A stretch of DNA of 44,041 bases. Source: Promethearchaeota archaeon. Its GTDB lineage: Archaea; Asgardarchaeota; Hermodarchaeia; Hermodarchaeales; Hermodarchaeaceae. This document shows, piece after piece, positions 29,785-39,402 of the stretch (within the stretch, counting starts at the first letter, position 1; every line of letters begins with the position of its first letter). The notes beneath the pieces are model-generated. The model saw only the letters and a list, made by a program, of their open reading frames with translations. It was not told the origin of the DNA and ran no database searches. The stretch is from the NCBI GenBank assembly GCA_048939245.1, contig JBHLPR010000014.1, forward strand, positions 1 through 44,041, read 5' to 3'. A program made the translations under genes and the position numbers.

Positions 29785-29910
29785 AACTTTTCAGCCATTG
29801 ATTGAAGTATTTTATCCCACCCGAATGGAAGTCAGGAAGAGAAGCATTGTGCAGGATTCCAGTAGAAGAGCTGCGAAGAACGAGATTACATGAAGGCGTG
29901 GCGGCGCTAG
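29785..29910 (+). repeat. Degenerate copy 2 of the hydrogenase 3' end
   Basis: NFSAID*SILSHPNGSQEEKHCAGFQ*KSCEERDYMKAWRR*; gap-free collinear with 24149-24274. Confidence 0.85.
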
Positions 29911-30082
29911 TCTATTAAGGCTTCAGTCGGGTTTTGACAATATTAGCCGTTGGTTACATTGCCTTACATTGGAGTTGAATTATCCAGGGTTCTATTGGGC
30001 TTGAGTTTTTCTGAGGGACCACTTTCTGAAGATTTATGTAGAGCTGACGTGAAAGTAGGGTTGTGAAGGGAGATAGCGAGAA

Positions 30083-31438
30083 GTGGAGTACGAATTGAAA
30101 AACCGAAAAACATGGATTATCGTAGTTGGGTTTCTCATTGTAGTGGCTGTTGGAGTTGGAGGGTTTCAGCAACGGATGGACTTTGTCGGTGTGGATGCTT
30201 CATCGGTTCCGTGGGCCGGTCCTCGACCCTTTTGGTCGACGATTATCGATTATAATGATCAAGGTGTTTTGTTATATCCTGAGAGGGTAATTCAAACAGC
30301 AGAGGGAGGGTATGCAGTATTATGTCGAATCACAAGCCAAAATGGGACCATATGGCTGGGTCAATTTGATGCCCAGGGCATGCTCTTATGGGAACATATC
30401 TACAAAATTGACTATCGCTGGGGAGCAGGCGCACCCAGAGGCTTTTATCAGTGTGCTGATGGAGGCTTTGCCGTTATCGGCATCACACCGAACATCCAAG
30501 GAGATTGGACACATTTTCTCATTCGGACAGAAGCTGATGGAACTCTGCGATGGAAGATGATGTTTCCTCTACTCTCGAGTAATATTGATCAGCATGGTTC
30601 TTCGGTCATCGAATGCACGGACGGAGGATTCATCATGACTGGCTGGAGAGAGTCAGAGGTGTTTCTTCACCGAATAAATCCGGACGGAGAGTATCTTTGG
30701 CATCAAGTCTACCCAGCATCTGGACAAAAAGACGTGGATTTAGTCCAATGCGCGGATACAGGTTTTGCTCTAGCAGGAAAGAATTCCACCGACTACATCT
30801 TTTTAGCTCGCATTAATTCGACAGGAGGAGTTCTTTGGAAACAGAGTTATACCTTTCCAGGTGCTGTCCAAGGTCTTCGTTTATCAGGCATGAAATTAAC
30901 CAATGATAATGGATTTATTCTGTATGGGCAAACTTATGGTCAAGGTCCGAATTCCGATGCCTTGGATATCTATCTTCTTAGAACAGATATGAATGGCTCA
31001 GAGCAGTGGAATTATACGTATGGCGGTCCGCTTTCTGATATTGTGAATGATGTCGTTCAATGTACGGATGAAGGCTTTGTGTTAATTGGCAGTACTTGGC
31101 GAAGCGGTTTGGATTTACGGGATATTTGGCTGGTTCGTACGAATGCAACCGGAATCCAAAACTGGAATTGCACCTATCCTGATCACCTTCCAAAAGGAAC
31201 GTGGGGTGTCGGCATCCTAGAGCCTGAACCCGAAGTGCTTGTGATTTGTGCAGATATTTGGAAATCGTCTTCTAGTCTTTGGTTGTTTTCAATTCCTGAT
31301 GTTTCGCCACCTGATCCAAATCTTCCCTTTCTAGGAATCCCACCTGAGCTAATACCTGCCATTGCTATTGGGCTCGCAGTAGTGGTGATAATAGTTATTT
31401 TCGCGTTTATGTGGATTCTACGTCAACGTAGAATGTAA
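30083..31438 (+). CDS. Membrane-anchored extracellular beta-propeller repeat protein
   Basis: N-terminal signal/TM; repeats of the type QC.DGGF...G and RT...G...W...Y; C-terminal TM anchor. Confidence 0.75.
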   Translation: MEYELKNRKTWIIVVGFLIVVAVGVGGFQQRMDFVGVDASSVPWAGPRPFWSTIIDYNDQGVLLYPERVIQTAEGGYAVLCRITSQNGTIWLGQFDAQGMLLWEHIYKIDYRWGAGAPRGFYQCADGGFAVIGITPNIQGDWTHFLIRTEADGTLRWKMMFPLLSSNIDQHGSSVIECTDGGFIMTGWRESEVFLHRINPDGEYLWHQVYPASGQKDVDLVQCADTGFALAGKNSTDYIFLARINSTGGVLWKQSYTFPGAVQGLRLSGMKLTNDNGFILYGQTYGQGPNSDALDIYLLRTDMNGSEQWNYTYGGPLSDIVNDVVQCTDEGFVLIGSTWRSGLDLRDIWLVRTNATGIQNWNCTYPDHLPKGTWGVGILEPEPEVLVICADIWKSSSSLWLFSIPDVSPPDPNLPFLGIPPELIPAIAIGLAVVVIIVIFAFMWILRQRRM

Positions 31439-31451
31439 CCCCGAACTATCA

Positions 31452-31562
31452 GACAGGATTATCTTAGCATATCCTGATGAGTCGAAAGAGGTGAAGCCGT
31501 TGGCGGGGTTCCAGGAGAAGGATCGGGAAGAGTGGCAAAGCGTGAAGGCGTGGCGGCGGTAG
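31452..31562 (+). repeat. Degenerate copy 3 of the hydrogenase 3' end
   Basis: DRIILAYPDESKEVKPLAGFQEKDREEWQSVKAWRR*; 26/36 residues identical and gap-free versus 24164-24274. Confidence 0.92.
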
Positions 31563-31732
31563 CTAGTTCTCTACGTCCCGCGTTGGAGACCGCATGAGAA
31601 GCCAGTGCGAGTTCATTGTAGGTGTTGTCTTGGTGGTTTGCGCGATTCTAGCTGACCCAGAATGTAATTGTAGGTGCTCTTAGGAGAGTAGAGAAGGATC
31701 TGTGTTCTGGCAATTGCTTTCAAGATAATGGG

Positions 31733-32203
31733 TCAGGCCTTGAGGTGGGTGGCGATGTGTTTTCCGAAATCGGTGCATTTGGAGAATTCGCCTTCTGTGA
31801 TGGGTCCTTTCATTCCGTCAACTTGTATTGATAGGCCGGGTGTTATGAGTTTTAGTGTGGGAGCTTTTTCGCGTATTCGGGTCTCCATTTTCTTGACGGA
31901 TTTTTCGAAGTCTTCGCCTAGATAGGTGTCGAATACAGCTGCCCATTTTGCTTTCAAGTCGAGTTTGCCAAGTTTATCAATGAGCTTATTGATGCCCCTA
32001 GCGGGTCCTCCAAAATGTGTGGGGGTCCCAATCAATATTGCATCATAATCGACCATCTTTTTGGGATCGGTGTTCTTGACATCACTGATAGTAGTTTCTA
32101 TTCCCTCGACTTCGTTTAGTCCCTCCGCGATTTTTTCGGCTACCAGCTTTGTGTTGCCATACTTTGTATCATACACGACGAGAACCGTTACCATTGCGTT
32201 CAC
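31733..32203 (-). CDS. Flavodoxin-family protein
   Basis: VVYDTKYGNTKLVAEKI, YDAILIGTPTHFGG, AVFDTY. Confidence 0.9.
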   Translation of the reverse strand: MNAMVTVLVVYDTKYGNTKLVAEKIAEGLNEVEGIETTISDVKNTDPKKMVDYDAILIGTPTHFGGPARGINKLIDKLGKLDLKAKWAAVFDTYLGEDFEKSVKKMETRIREKAPTLKLITPGLSIQVDGMKGPITEGEFSKCTDFGKHIATHLKA

Positions 32204-32327
32204 CAGTCATGAAGGTTATTTTCTGAGTTTTTATGATTTACGGGAGAAACTACTATTAGTACAGGACTTTTCTGGTCTTAATCGTCATAAGTCTCAAGGA
32301 ACTAGAGAACAATTTGTACGATGTACC

Positions 32328-32453
32328 TGTTTTTCGTGTAGGGATTGTGTCATCTTAGCTTATCCTGAAGGTTCGAATGAGGAGAAGGCATGGGCGTGTT
32401 TTCAGGAGAAGAGTCGGGATGAGCGTGAATGTTTGTAGGTGTGGCGTCGATAA
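32328..32453 (+). repeat. Degenerate copy 4 of the hydrogenase 3' end
   Basis: CFSCRDCVILAYPEGSNEEKAWACFQEKSRDERECL*VWRR*; 29/41 residues identical and gap-free versus 24149-24274. Confidence 0.93.
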
Positions 32454-32558
32454 GTGTCTCTGGAAGAGAATAGTATGACAGTTTTGGGTTAGTAAAGGGT
32501 ATTATGAGTTAAGTTGGGAGTTGAAATCAAGGATCCTTAAGCATGCTACATCCGTTTT

Positions 32559-33563
32559 TCAAAAGGAATATCGTCTGTATCTTGAGCTAGAGCTTATGGG
32601 TTTTCCAGTTGCCATTTCGAAACTTCGAGAACCGAGTTTGGCTACCCACGACCATATCGTTAGAAAGGCATCTTGGGTGGGGGTTTCTGTTGTGTTTGAG
32701 CAGATACTGGTTTTTGGATTTTTCAAGATGCGTTTGATTTGATTAGAGTGGATGGGTGTGGTCTGTTGGTGAAACCAGTTGTCAATGAGGTGGAATCGAT
32801 CGTGTGTTCGGGGCATGGTTCGGTTCGGGTTATTATAGGGCTGCATGGAAGGAGAGTTGAAGTGGTTGGTGATTACGCCAATTCCGTCTTGTGGATAATG
32901 AACGGCGATATCTTGTTGGGCGGCTTCAATTATGGCAATGTTACCGTGGGCATCCGCCACGAGAAAATTCTTGGTCCAAAAATGCGGGAATTTAAGCAGT
33001 AGTGTTACTGCTTCGTCAACAGATGAACAGTGGTCAAGGACGGCACGAACTGGGATATGATCCCACACGCCGGGTGCATCGGTGTAGATGCCATGGACAC
33101 CTGCCACCGCGATAGCTACACCTGCTTCATTAAGTCCATCCTCTCGTCCGACTAGTAAATCAAAACAACAGCCCATATGAGCATAGTGCTTCTTCGGGTA
33201 GGTCCGATAGAGTGTGAAGGCGTGAAATGCGGGGGTTGCATCATAATTGCGGGCAAAGATGGTGCTTCGGTCGGAAGTATATTGACTGGAAATTGCACAC
33301 ACTGTACAACTTGGACTCCTACCCAGGGTGAGCGTATGAGTTCGTACTATCTCATAATCGAGCTGGCTTCCGTCTGCAATTCCTTGGATCTCATCGATGA
33401 GCTCGGGAACGATAGGCTCAATTTGTTCTTCAACTCTCGCTGCAAACTGGATAGCTGTATCTTCTAATCGTGGAAATTTAGTTCCTTGGCTCTTGAGAAG
33501 CCTTCCGTATTGCTTGCCAATCTCATAGTGAGTACCACGAAGTGTAACATTGAACATAGCCAT
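32559..33563 (-). CDS. C45-family (AAT-like) Ntn-hydrolase/peptidase
   Basis: GTHYEIGKQYG, EIQGIADG, S|CT nucleophile site, ARNYD, DGLNEAG, TNHF. Confidence 0.85.
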   Translation of the reverse strand: MAMFNVTLRGTHYEIGKQYGRLLKSQGTKFPRLEDTAIQFAARVEEQIEPIVPELIDEIQGIADGSQLDYEIVRTHTLTLGRSPSCTVCAISSQYTSDRSTIFARNYDATPAFHAFTLYRTYPKKHYAHMGCCFDLLVGREDGLNEAGVAIAVAGVHGIYTDAPGVWDHIPVRAVLDHCSSVDEAVTLLLKFPHFWTKNFLVADAHGNIAIIEAAQQDIAVHYPQDGIGVITNHFNSPSMQPYNNPNRTMPRTHDRFHLIDNWFHQQTTPIHSNQIKRILKNPKTSICSNTTETPTQDAFLTIWSWVAKLGSRSFEMATGKPISSSSRYRRYSF

Positions 33564-33830
33564 GACTCTCAACGAATTGCAGCCGAACAGGGTTGTCCAA
33601 TAAGGAGAAATCATCGGAGTTTTAAGTTTTAGCTGTGTAAAAAAACAATTCTTGAATTTTTTTAACACTTTTGTATGTAATTGTGACACTTTTGGCAGAA
33701 ACCAATAGTTATTGAATAATCCAGATTTTCAAAGTGGGCATTGCCTTTTCAAATTGCTAATTCATTGCTTTTAGTGCTAGTATTTGCGAAAAGCACTTAG
33801 CGAGTTTTCACGTTAAACGAATTGATTGAA

Positions 33831-34232
33831 ATGAAGAAGACAAGCGAAGTAGCTGATAAAGACTGGAAGAAGAAACTGTCTAAAGAAGAGTATCGCGTGT
33901 TACGCGAGAAGGGTACGGAGCGTCCTTTCACGGGGAAGTATTGGAAGCACAAGGAGAAGGGTACATACAAGTGTGCGGGGTGTGGTGTGGAACTTTTTTC
34001 TTCGGAGGCGAAATTTGAGTCGGGGAGTGGGTGGCCAAGTTTTTATGAGGCGTTGGATAAGGATAAAATCGAGGAGAAAGTGGATCTGTCTCATGGGATG
34101 CGTCGGATAGAGGTTGTGTGCAAGAATTGTGGGGGGCATCTAGGCCATGTGTTTGATGATGGGCCGAAGGATAAGACCGGTTGCCGCTATTGTATTAATT
34201 CTGTTGCACTTCATTTTGAAAAGGAGGAGTAG
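33831..34232 (+). CDS. msrB: Peptide-methionine (R)-S-oxide reductase
   Basis: [35 protein letters not shown]. Confidence 0.96.
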   Translation: MKKTSEVADKDWKKKLSKEEYRVLREKGTERPFTGKYWKHKEKGTYKCAGCGVELFSSEAKFESGSGWPSFYEALDKDKIEEKVDLSHGMRRIEVVCKNCGGHLGHVFDDGPKDKTGCRYCINSVALHFEKEE

Positions 34233-34487
34233 TTCGTTTCACTAGAAGAAGCCTTATCGAGATTCTTTGAGTTCAAGCTTATATTATGTATGAAGCGGTA
34301 AAAATGAAAATGATTTGCCTTTAATTCCACATTGTGAAGATTCGCTGGTTTTTTGAAGTTAATAGTCCTGGGGCACCACCAAAGTTAACGCGTTTTACGG
34401 TAAAAATAGTAAAATTTATTACTCGGCAAGACCACATGTACTAATTGAACGTGGTAAGCATTTAGATAAGAATAGTCGTGAAAAACC

Positions 34488-35267
34488 ATGAGCGGGAGGG
34501 ATATGCTCAAGACGCAATATTTCGAGAAGTATCGTCTTCATATGCTCATCGGGTCATATTTCCTGTTTGCAGGATGTTATTATTTTCTTTGCCAGTTGAG
34601 CTTTATCATCGGATGGGGTGATGTCCCGTTTGGGCCATTAATGGAACTCCTGAGCCTCATCGGATTCAACTACTGGTACCCAATGGTTTGGTTTCGATGG
34701 TTTGTGGGTCTCATCCCACTATTGGTCATGACTTCAATGAATATGTGGCTGCTAGCCAAGATCCTATATGTTCCGACTCCAAGACTTTCACGGCTTTTAG
34801 TCACATGTTTGCTAAGTGTTGTTATCGCCTTACTGTTCATTGTGGTTGCAGGCTACATCTTCTATGCAGGTCCGAACGTCCTATTCTGGCACCTTTCTTT
34901 CGTCATCCCAGTTCTTTGGCAAGGCTGGGCTGCACTTTTTTTAATTGGTTGGATGATTTTTCCTCTTGTACTGAGCTATCTTCTGCTTCAAGCCTCCACT
35001 GTCACAGAGTTCAATAAGGAATTCATCTCAAAGTTACTTCTGAACCCTCTATTCTGGATCGGTATTATTTTGGCATTTGTTATTTTTTGGATTTCCTTAC
35101 TTGGTCTCGGACAGACGTTATTTCATGTCGTCAACGATACAACCTTAATTCTTCTGTTCCATACGCTTCCAGTTACAAGTATTTACATTGCTTTGATTAT
35201 TCCTCTGTTTCCCCTAGTTGTGATTGGTAGTGGCAGCTATAGTTTCCCCTCATTAAATGTGAGATAG
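34488..35267 (+). CDS. Hypothetical multi-pass membrane protein
   Basis: 259 aa with about six hydrophobic helices. Confidence 0.6.
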   Translation: MSGRDMLKTQYFEKYRLHMLIGSYFLFAGCYYFLCQLSFIIGWGDVPFGPLMELLSLIGFNYWYPMVWFRWFVGLIPLLVMTSMNMWLLAKILYVPTPRLSRLLVTCLLSVVIALLFIVVAGYIFYAGPNVLFWHLSFVIPVLWQGWAALFLIGWMIFPLVLSYLLLQASTVTEFNKEFISKLLLNPLFWIGIILAFVIFWISLLGLGQTLFHVVNDTTLILLFHTLPVTSIYIALIIPLFPLVVIGSGSYSFPSLNVR

Positions 35268-35327
35268 GTTCTATGTTAGAACCCACTAGTGATTATTCGA
35301 TCTCGATTTAACCACCCGAAATCATAA

Positions 35328-36065
35328 ATGTGTGAGGATTGGACGTGGAAGAATAGTGTAATTACTTTGGTGAAAATTATCGCCCATCGTGGTTATGGAA
35401 AGGGTCCGTTCGAGAATACGTTGGAGGCGGTCCGAAAAGCGATTTGGTTGGGAGTAGATGGAATTGAAATCGATGTTCACGGATCGAGTGATGGAGAGAT
35501 TGTGGTTTTTCATGATTCTGTGGTTGAAGAAAAAACAAATGGCAGGGGTGCCGTGGCGGAGTTAACATTAGAGGAGCTCCAAGAACTCACTCTAACAAGC
35601 GGATATAAGATTCCGACATTGAAAGAACTTCTCACGTTAGTCGCGACTTCCGCTGAGTTGATGATTAATATTGAGATAAAGCCGAAGAATATCGAAGGGT
35701 ATGTGTTAGATGTGATTCAAGAGAGTGCTCTAAAGAACTCGGTCGTAATCTCGTCGTATAAGCATTCTGTGCTGCAAGAAGTTCGAGCCCGTGATGCAAA
35801 CATTCCAACGTTATTAATTTTTAAACGCCCGTTAGATGCGGCTATCAAAATTTCTAAACAACTTGGGTGTTCAGGTCTAGCACCGCGATTTCAGTTAATT
35901 TCACATGCCTTTGTGAAAAAGTGTCATCAAGTAGGGCTTCTGGTTTATCCTTGGGCAGTTAATGAAATTGAGGATATGCAGAAGACACTAACATGGAATG
36001 TCGATGGAATAATAACAGATTTCCCAGAGAAGTTGTGGAAGTTAGTGAACAAGCCGATTAAATGA
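35328..36065 (+). CDS. Glycerophosphodiester phosphodiesterase
   Basis: IIAHRG, ENTL, IEIDVH, VVFHD, NIEIK, DGIITDFP; true start may be the GTG near 35369. Confidence 0.92.
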   Translation: MCEDWTWKNSVITLVKIIAHRGYGKGPFENTLEAVRKAIWLGVDGIEIDVHGSSDGEIVVFHDSVVEEKTNGRGAVAELTLEELQELTLTSGYKIPTLKELLTLVATSAELMINIEIKPKNIEGYVLDVIQESALKNSVVISSYKHSVLQEVRARDANIPTLLIFKRPLDAAIKISKQLGCSGLAPRFQLISHAFVKKCHQVGLLVYPWAVNEIEDMQKTLTWNVDGIITDFPEKLWKLVNKPIK

Positions 36066-36293
36066 ATGATTGCATTTCTTGTGGCTATTCAGTAGTGTAA
36101 TTTTATCAAAGGCAATCTCAGTAATTTGTTAATGGTGTAAAGAGGCTTATGATGACGATTTGAATAATACTTGCGCACAAGGTTCTGTTGAAAGATGAAC
36201 TTGTTGTTGTTTCTCATTTATTGTGATTCTAAATGAGAGAACAAGTTTAAAGGAGGAAGGCTCTGTGTGGAATCCAATTTAGGATGAACCACC

Positions 36294-37583
36294 ATGTCAA
36301 AGAATTCAAAGCGACCGAAATCACTACGAACATGGGCAACTGTAATTTTTGCAGTTGTCGGCATCATTGTGATGATAATTGGAGCCTTCATTAGCACATT
36401 GCTTCTTTTTGTGGGAGTTATTATTGTCAGTCTAGGCTTTTTCATCTGGCTGCAGGGTATTATCACTCAATCCCGACAAAGAAAGCCGGGTCGATTGCGA
36501 TTAGACTTATTGACGGACCATATCAACCCCTATGATGCGTTAGAAGAAATGGTCGATTATGAAGAAGCGGATGTAGGCCGAAAGGAACTAAACAATGAAG
36601 AAATCCGTGAAGCCGCACAGGTATTGCACACTGGTCGAGAAAAGGATAAGAAAACAGCAACCTTGCGTCTTCTTATGGCTGGCGATGCAAGTGTTCCATA
36701 CATCCGAGCAGACTTACATAGTATGAATCCAGAAGTTGTTGAAACAAGCCTTATTACCCTTCGATTCTTTGATAAAGACGCGGTTTCAGTTGTTGAACCT
36801 GTCACAGAACTATTGGACAATGAGCTTGCGGAGATTAGAGGGCATGCGGCGCTTCTCCTTGGTAAACTTGGATTGGAAGCAAAAAGTGCGGTTCCAAAAC
36901 TGATATCACTTCTTCAGGATTCAGATCCGTCGGTTGCTCGTGATGCAGCCTTTGCCTTAGGTATGATTGGAAGTAAATCCGACGCAGCCATTAGCGTAAT
37001 GAAATCGTTGAAAGACGCAGAGGACACGCAATTAAAACTTTTCAGCAGAATCGGGCTAGCGCGTTTAGGTGTTGTTGATGACGACATTGTGGACTTCTTG
37101 ATTAATACTATAAGGGAAAAAGATCCGATGAATGGCATTTTTGCCATGCAAACTTTGGGAATCATTGGTGAACCAGCAACGGAGGTAGAACTGGTAATTA
37201 GTCGCTTTTTATCTCATCGCCATCCAGCGTTAAGATTAATTGCAGCTCAAGCGCTACATCGCTTAGACGCATCATCTGTTACAATTGCAGAAGCATTAGT
37301 TCGCAATCTACCTCAACGAAAAGCAGAACCGTTCATTCGCCGTGATAGCTTCAATCTGTTAGAAGAGATAATTAAGGATGTTCCAGGTATTATCCCTAGC
37401 CTAATAAAGCAGACCTCAAATCGCGATCCAGTAACTCGCGTTATGGCCGCACGTCTTTTGGGCGAATTTGGAGAGCTTGCCAGAGAAGCGGCACCAGCTC
37501 TTGTAAAAATGATGGACGATAACCTAATGACGTGTCAATATCATGCACGTCAAGCCTTAGAGAAAATCTCACCTAGCGATTAA
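36294..37583 (+). CDS. Membrane-anchored HEAT-repeat protein
   Basis: Two N-terminal TM helices; repeats such as AVPKLISLLQDSDPSVARDAAFALGMIG. Confidence 0.85.
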   Translation: MSKNSKRPKSLRTWATVIFAVVGIIVMIIGAFISTLLLFVGVIIVSLGFFIWLQGIITQSRQRKPGRLRLDLLTDHINPYDALEEMVDYEEADVGRKELNNEEIREAAQVLHTGREKDKKTATLRLLMAGDASVPYIRADLHSMNPEVVETSLITLRFFDKDAVSVVEPVTELLDNELAEIRGHAALLLGKLGLEAKSAVPKLISLLQDSDPSVARDAAFALGMIGSKSDAAISVMKSLKDAEDTQLKLFSRIGLARLGVVDDDIVDFLINTIREKDPMNGIFAMQTLGIIGEPATEVELVISRFLSHRHPALRLIAAQALHRLDASSVTIAEALVRNLPQRKAEPFIRRDSFNLLEEIIKDVPGIIPSLIKQTSNRDPVTRVMAARLLGEFGELAREAAPALVKMMDDNLMTCQYHARQALEKISPSD

Positions 37584-37623
37584 AACTAAAGGCTGCTACA
37601 CTTTGTAATTAAAATAAAATAAG

Positions 37624-37660
37624 GACAAGCAGATCCAATTAGATCATTAGCCTGCTTGTC
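37624..37660. terminator. Inverted repeat between convergent genes
   Basis: GACAAGCAG-N19-CTGCTTGTC. Confidence 0.4.
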
Positions 37661-37698
37661 TAATTCTATTGGAGTGTTATAGCAAAACGGGAGATGGC

Positions 37699-39018
37699 TT
37701 AGCAGCCATCCCATCCGAATTCAGGTTGTATTTCTGTTGTGAAACTTTCAACGTGGGGTTTCAGATAAGTACCCCATTTTTCGACAGCTAGTTGTAGCTC
37801 TTTCATGTCCTTGGGGATTTCTTCAAAATTCCCACCCTGCATGTAAAGATCAACGGCTTGACGCATGGCTTTGGCTCCATCAATAGAACCATTAGGATGA
37901 GCATGCACACCACCACCAGCTCCGAGTATGATATCGGTGCCTAGCTCGTGAAGGTTCACTGGAATCATTCCGGGGTATACACCCCCTCCAACAATGGGCC
38001 AGTTGGCTTTAATGTGGTAGAAAGGTGCGCGGGAGTTGAGTGCAGAGGTGATTTCATCGAAGTAGGGCATGAAGAGTTTGCCATGGCTCGTGGGGAGAAT
38101 ATACATATCGCCTCCGCAGAGCCGGACAAATTTTGCGATGGTGGGATAGTTGAAGCCGTGGAAGCCACGATACCACATTCCTGCGCCAGCGGGATGAGCG
38201 AGGACAGGGACCTTTATAGAGGGATCTTCGGCAACATCGCGCAGAATAGTGAAGCCTGTGGCGAGGAAGTTGACATGTAGTGCATTTGCACCCATTTCAA
38301 CCATTTTTTCTGCATTTTCCAATGTACGGTGACCGTCGTCTGAGATATTAATTGTGTACAGTGTCTTTTCTCCAGTTTCGGATTCGGCTTTATCGATTGC
38401 TTCCATAACAGCTGTGATGCGGTCCTCTAAAAGGCAGTTACAGGGGGATTCCATTAGTTCATCGTCTTTAATAATATCGATTCCACCAACAGCACTTTCA
38501 TAGCATTGCTCAGCAAATACTTTGGTTTCTAGCCCCACACAAGGTTTAATCATGGTGAGTGTTAATGGTCGTTCTTTGGCTTTGAGGAGCTCGCGGACAC
38601 CTTCGACACCAAATTTGGGACCTTTGAAGGTGGCAGCAAAGGATTTGGGAAATTGAACATCTAGAATGCGAACGGCTGTATTTTTCACATAGAAAATGTT
38701 GCCTGCGATAGCCGCCATGAGATGGGCGACGGAGGGAAGAAAGTTGGCCATGGGAAAACCGATTTGGGCGATGATGTTGGTATAATCGGGACCTGGTGTC
38801 CGATAGAAGCCCAGGGTTTTTCCAAGAAATTGGCGACGAACTTCATCAGTTTCACGGGGTACACGAATCCATGTACCGGTGGTTTGTTCGATAGAGAGAC
38901 CTTCAACTATGTGAAGTAAATCTGGCTCCTGTGTTCGGATATGGAAAGTGGCGATTACATATTCGTCGGGATCAATACTTTCTCGCGTAGCTAATCCTTC
39001 GGGTTCATATTTTGGCAT
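37699..39018 (-). CDS. RuBisCO-like protein (form IV RLP)
   Basis: EQTTGTW, GPKFG, KPCVGL, DIIKDDE, AHPA, GKL, PIVGGG, GGGVHAHP; lacks the form I-III K177, R295 and S379 equivalents. Confidence 0.88.
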   Translation of the reverse strand: MPKYEPEGLATRESIDPDEYVIATFHIRTQEPDLLHIVEGLSIEQTTGTWIRVPRETDEVRRQFLGKTLGFYRTPGPDYTNIIAQIGFPMANFLPSVAHLMAAIAGNIFYVKNTAVRILDVQFPKSFAATFKGPKFGVEGVRELLKAKERPLTLTMIKPCVGLETKVFAEQCYESAVGGIDIIKDDELMESPCNCLLEDRITAVMEAIDKAESETGEKTLYTINISDDGHRTLENAEKMVEMGANALHVNFLATGFTILRDVAEDPSIKVPVLAHPAGAGMWYRGFHGFNYPTIAKFVRLCGGDMYILPTSHGKLFMPYFDEITSALNSRAPFYHIKANWPIVGGGVYPGMIPVNLHELGTDIILGAGGGVHAHPNGSIDGAKAMRQAVDLYMQGGNFEEIPKDMKELQLAVEKWGTYLKPHVESFTTEIQPEFGWDGC

Positions 39019-39402
39019 ATTAGGTTTAACCCCCAGTGAGTGGCAAAGGATTGCTAAGAGTTCATAAAGCTTTTTAAAATTTCACAAAAAAACGTGGAAT
39101 TAGCGACCTAGTTAAGTTCTGATAACTTTCTTGTGGCCTATTTTGAATTTCTAGTTCCAAGTCTGAATCAGGAATCAAAAATTTATTTCCTTTTTCTATC
39201 TACAGGTGTAGTCTTTTGTTCTATAATCCCCTGAGATCACAAATAGGAAAATACACTAAACGAATTTTGGGTTGAACTGCACTTCCGCCTAGCCAGATGT
39301 GATTTTTTGAGTATAAAGGTGAACTACCCCACCCTGACGACCGGGGCTTCTCGGGCTTAAAGATAAATAGACCTTGGATACAACACTACGGCGAATGGAG
39401 AC

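Noticed and set aside
31474-31496. Hammerhead-ribozyme-like CTGATGAGTCGAAAGAG
   Set aside because: Explained as codons PDESKE of tail copy 3; stem II is imperfect and the following GAAA core is absent
31642-31666. Possible fifth tail fragment (AILADPEC versus IILAYPDG)
   Set aside because: Too short, and the similarity does not extend in either direction
32061-32438. 125-aa + strand ORF ending in a hydrogenase-like tail
   Set aside because: Its 5' part is antisense to the flavodoxin gene; only the relic tail is meaningful, and it has a premature stop
24149-32453. DGR template/variable repeat interpretation of the tail copies
   Set aside because: No reverse transcriptase in the window; differences are not adenine-specific and include many synonymous-type changes
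28745-32453. CRISPR array or classical integron attC sites
   Set aside because: The repeats are ~100-126 bp, degenerate, protein-coding-derived and separated by whole genes; no cas or intI gene and no attC-type hairpin is evident
37699-39018. Bona fide form III RuBisCO
   Set aside because: Key carboxylase residues are substituted (KPC, HPA, GGG) and no AMP-pathway genes are adjacent
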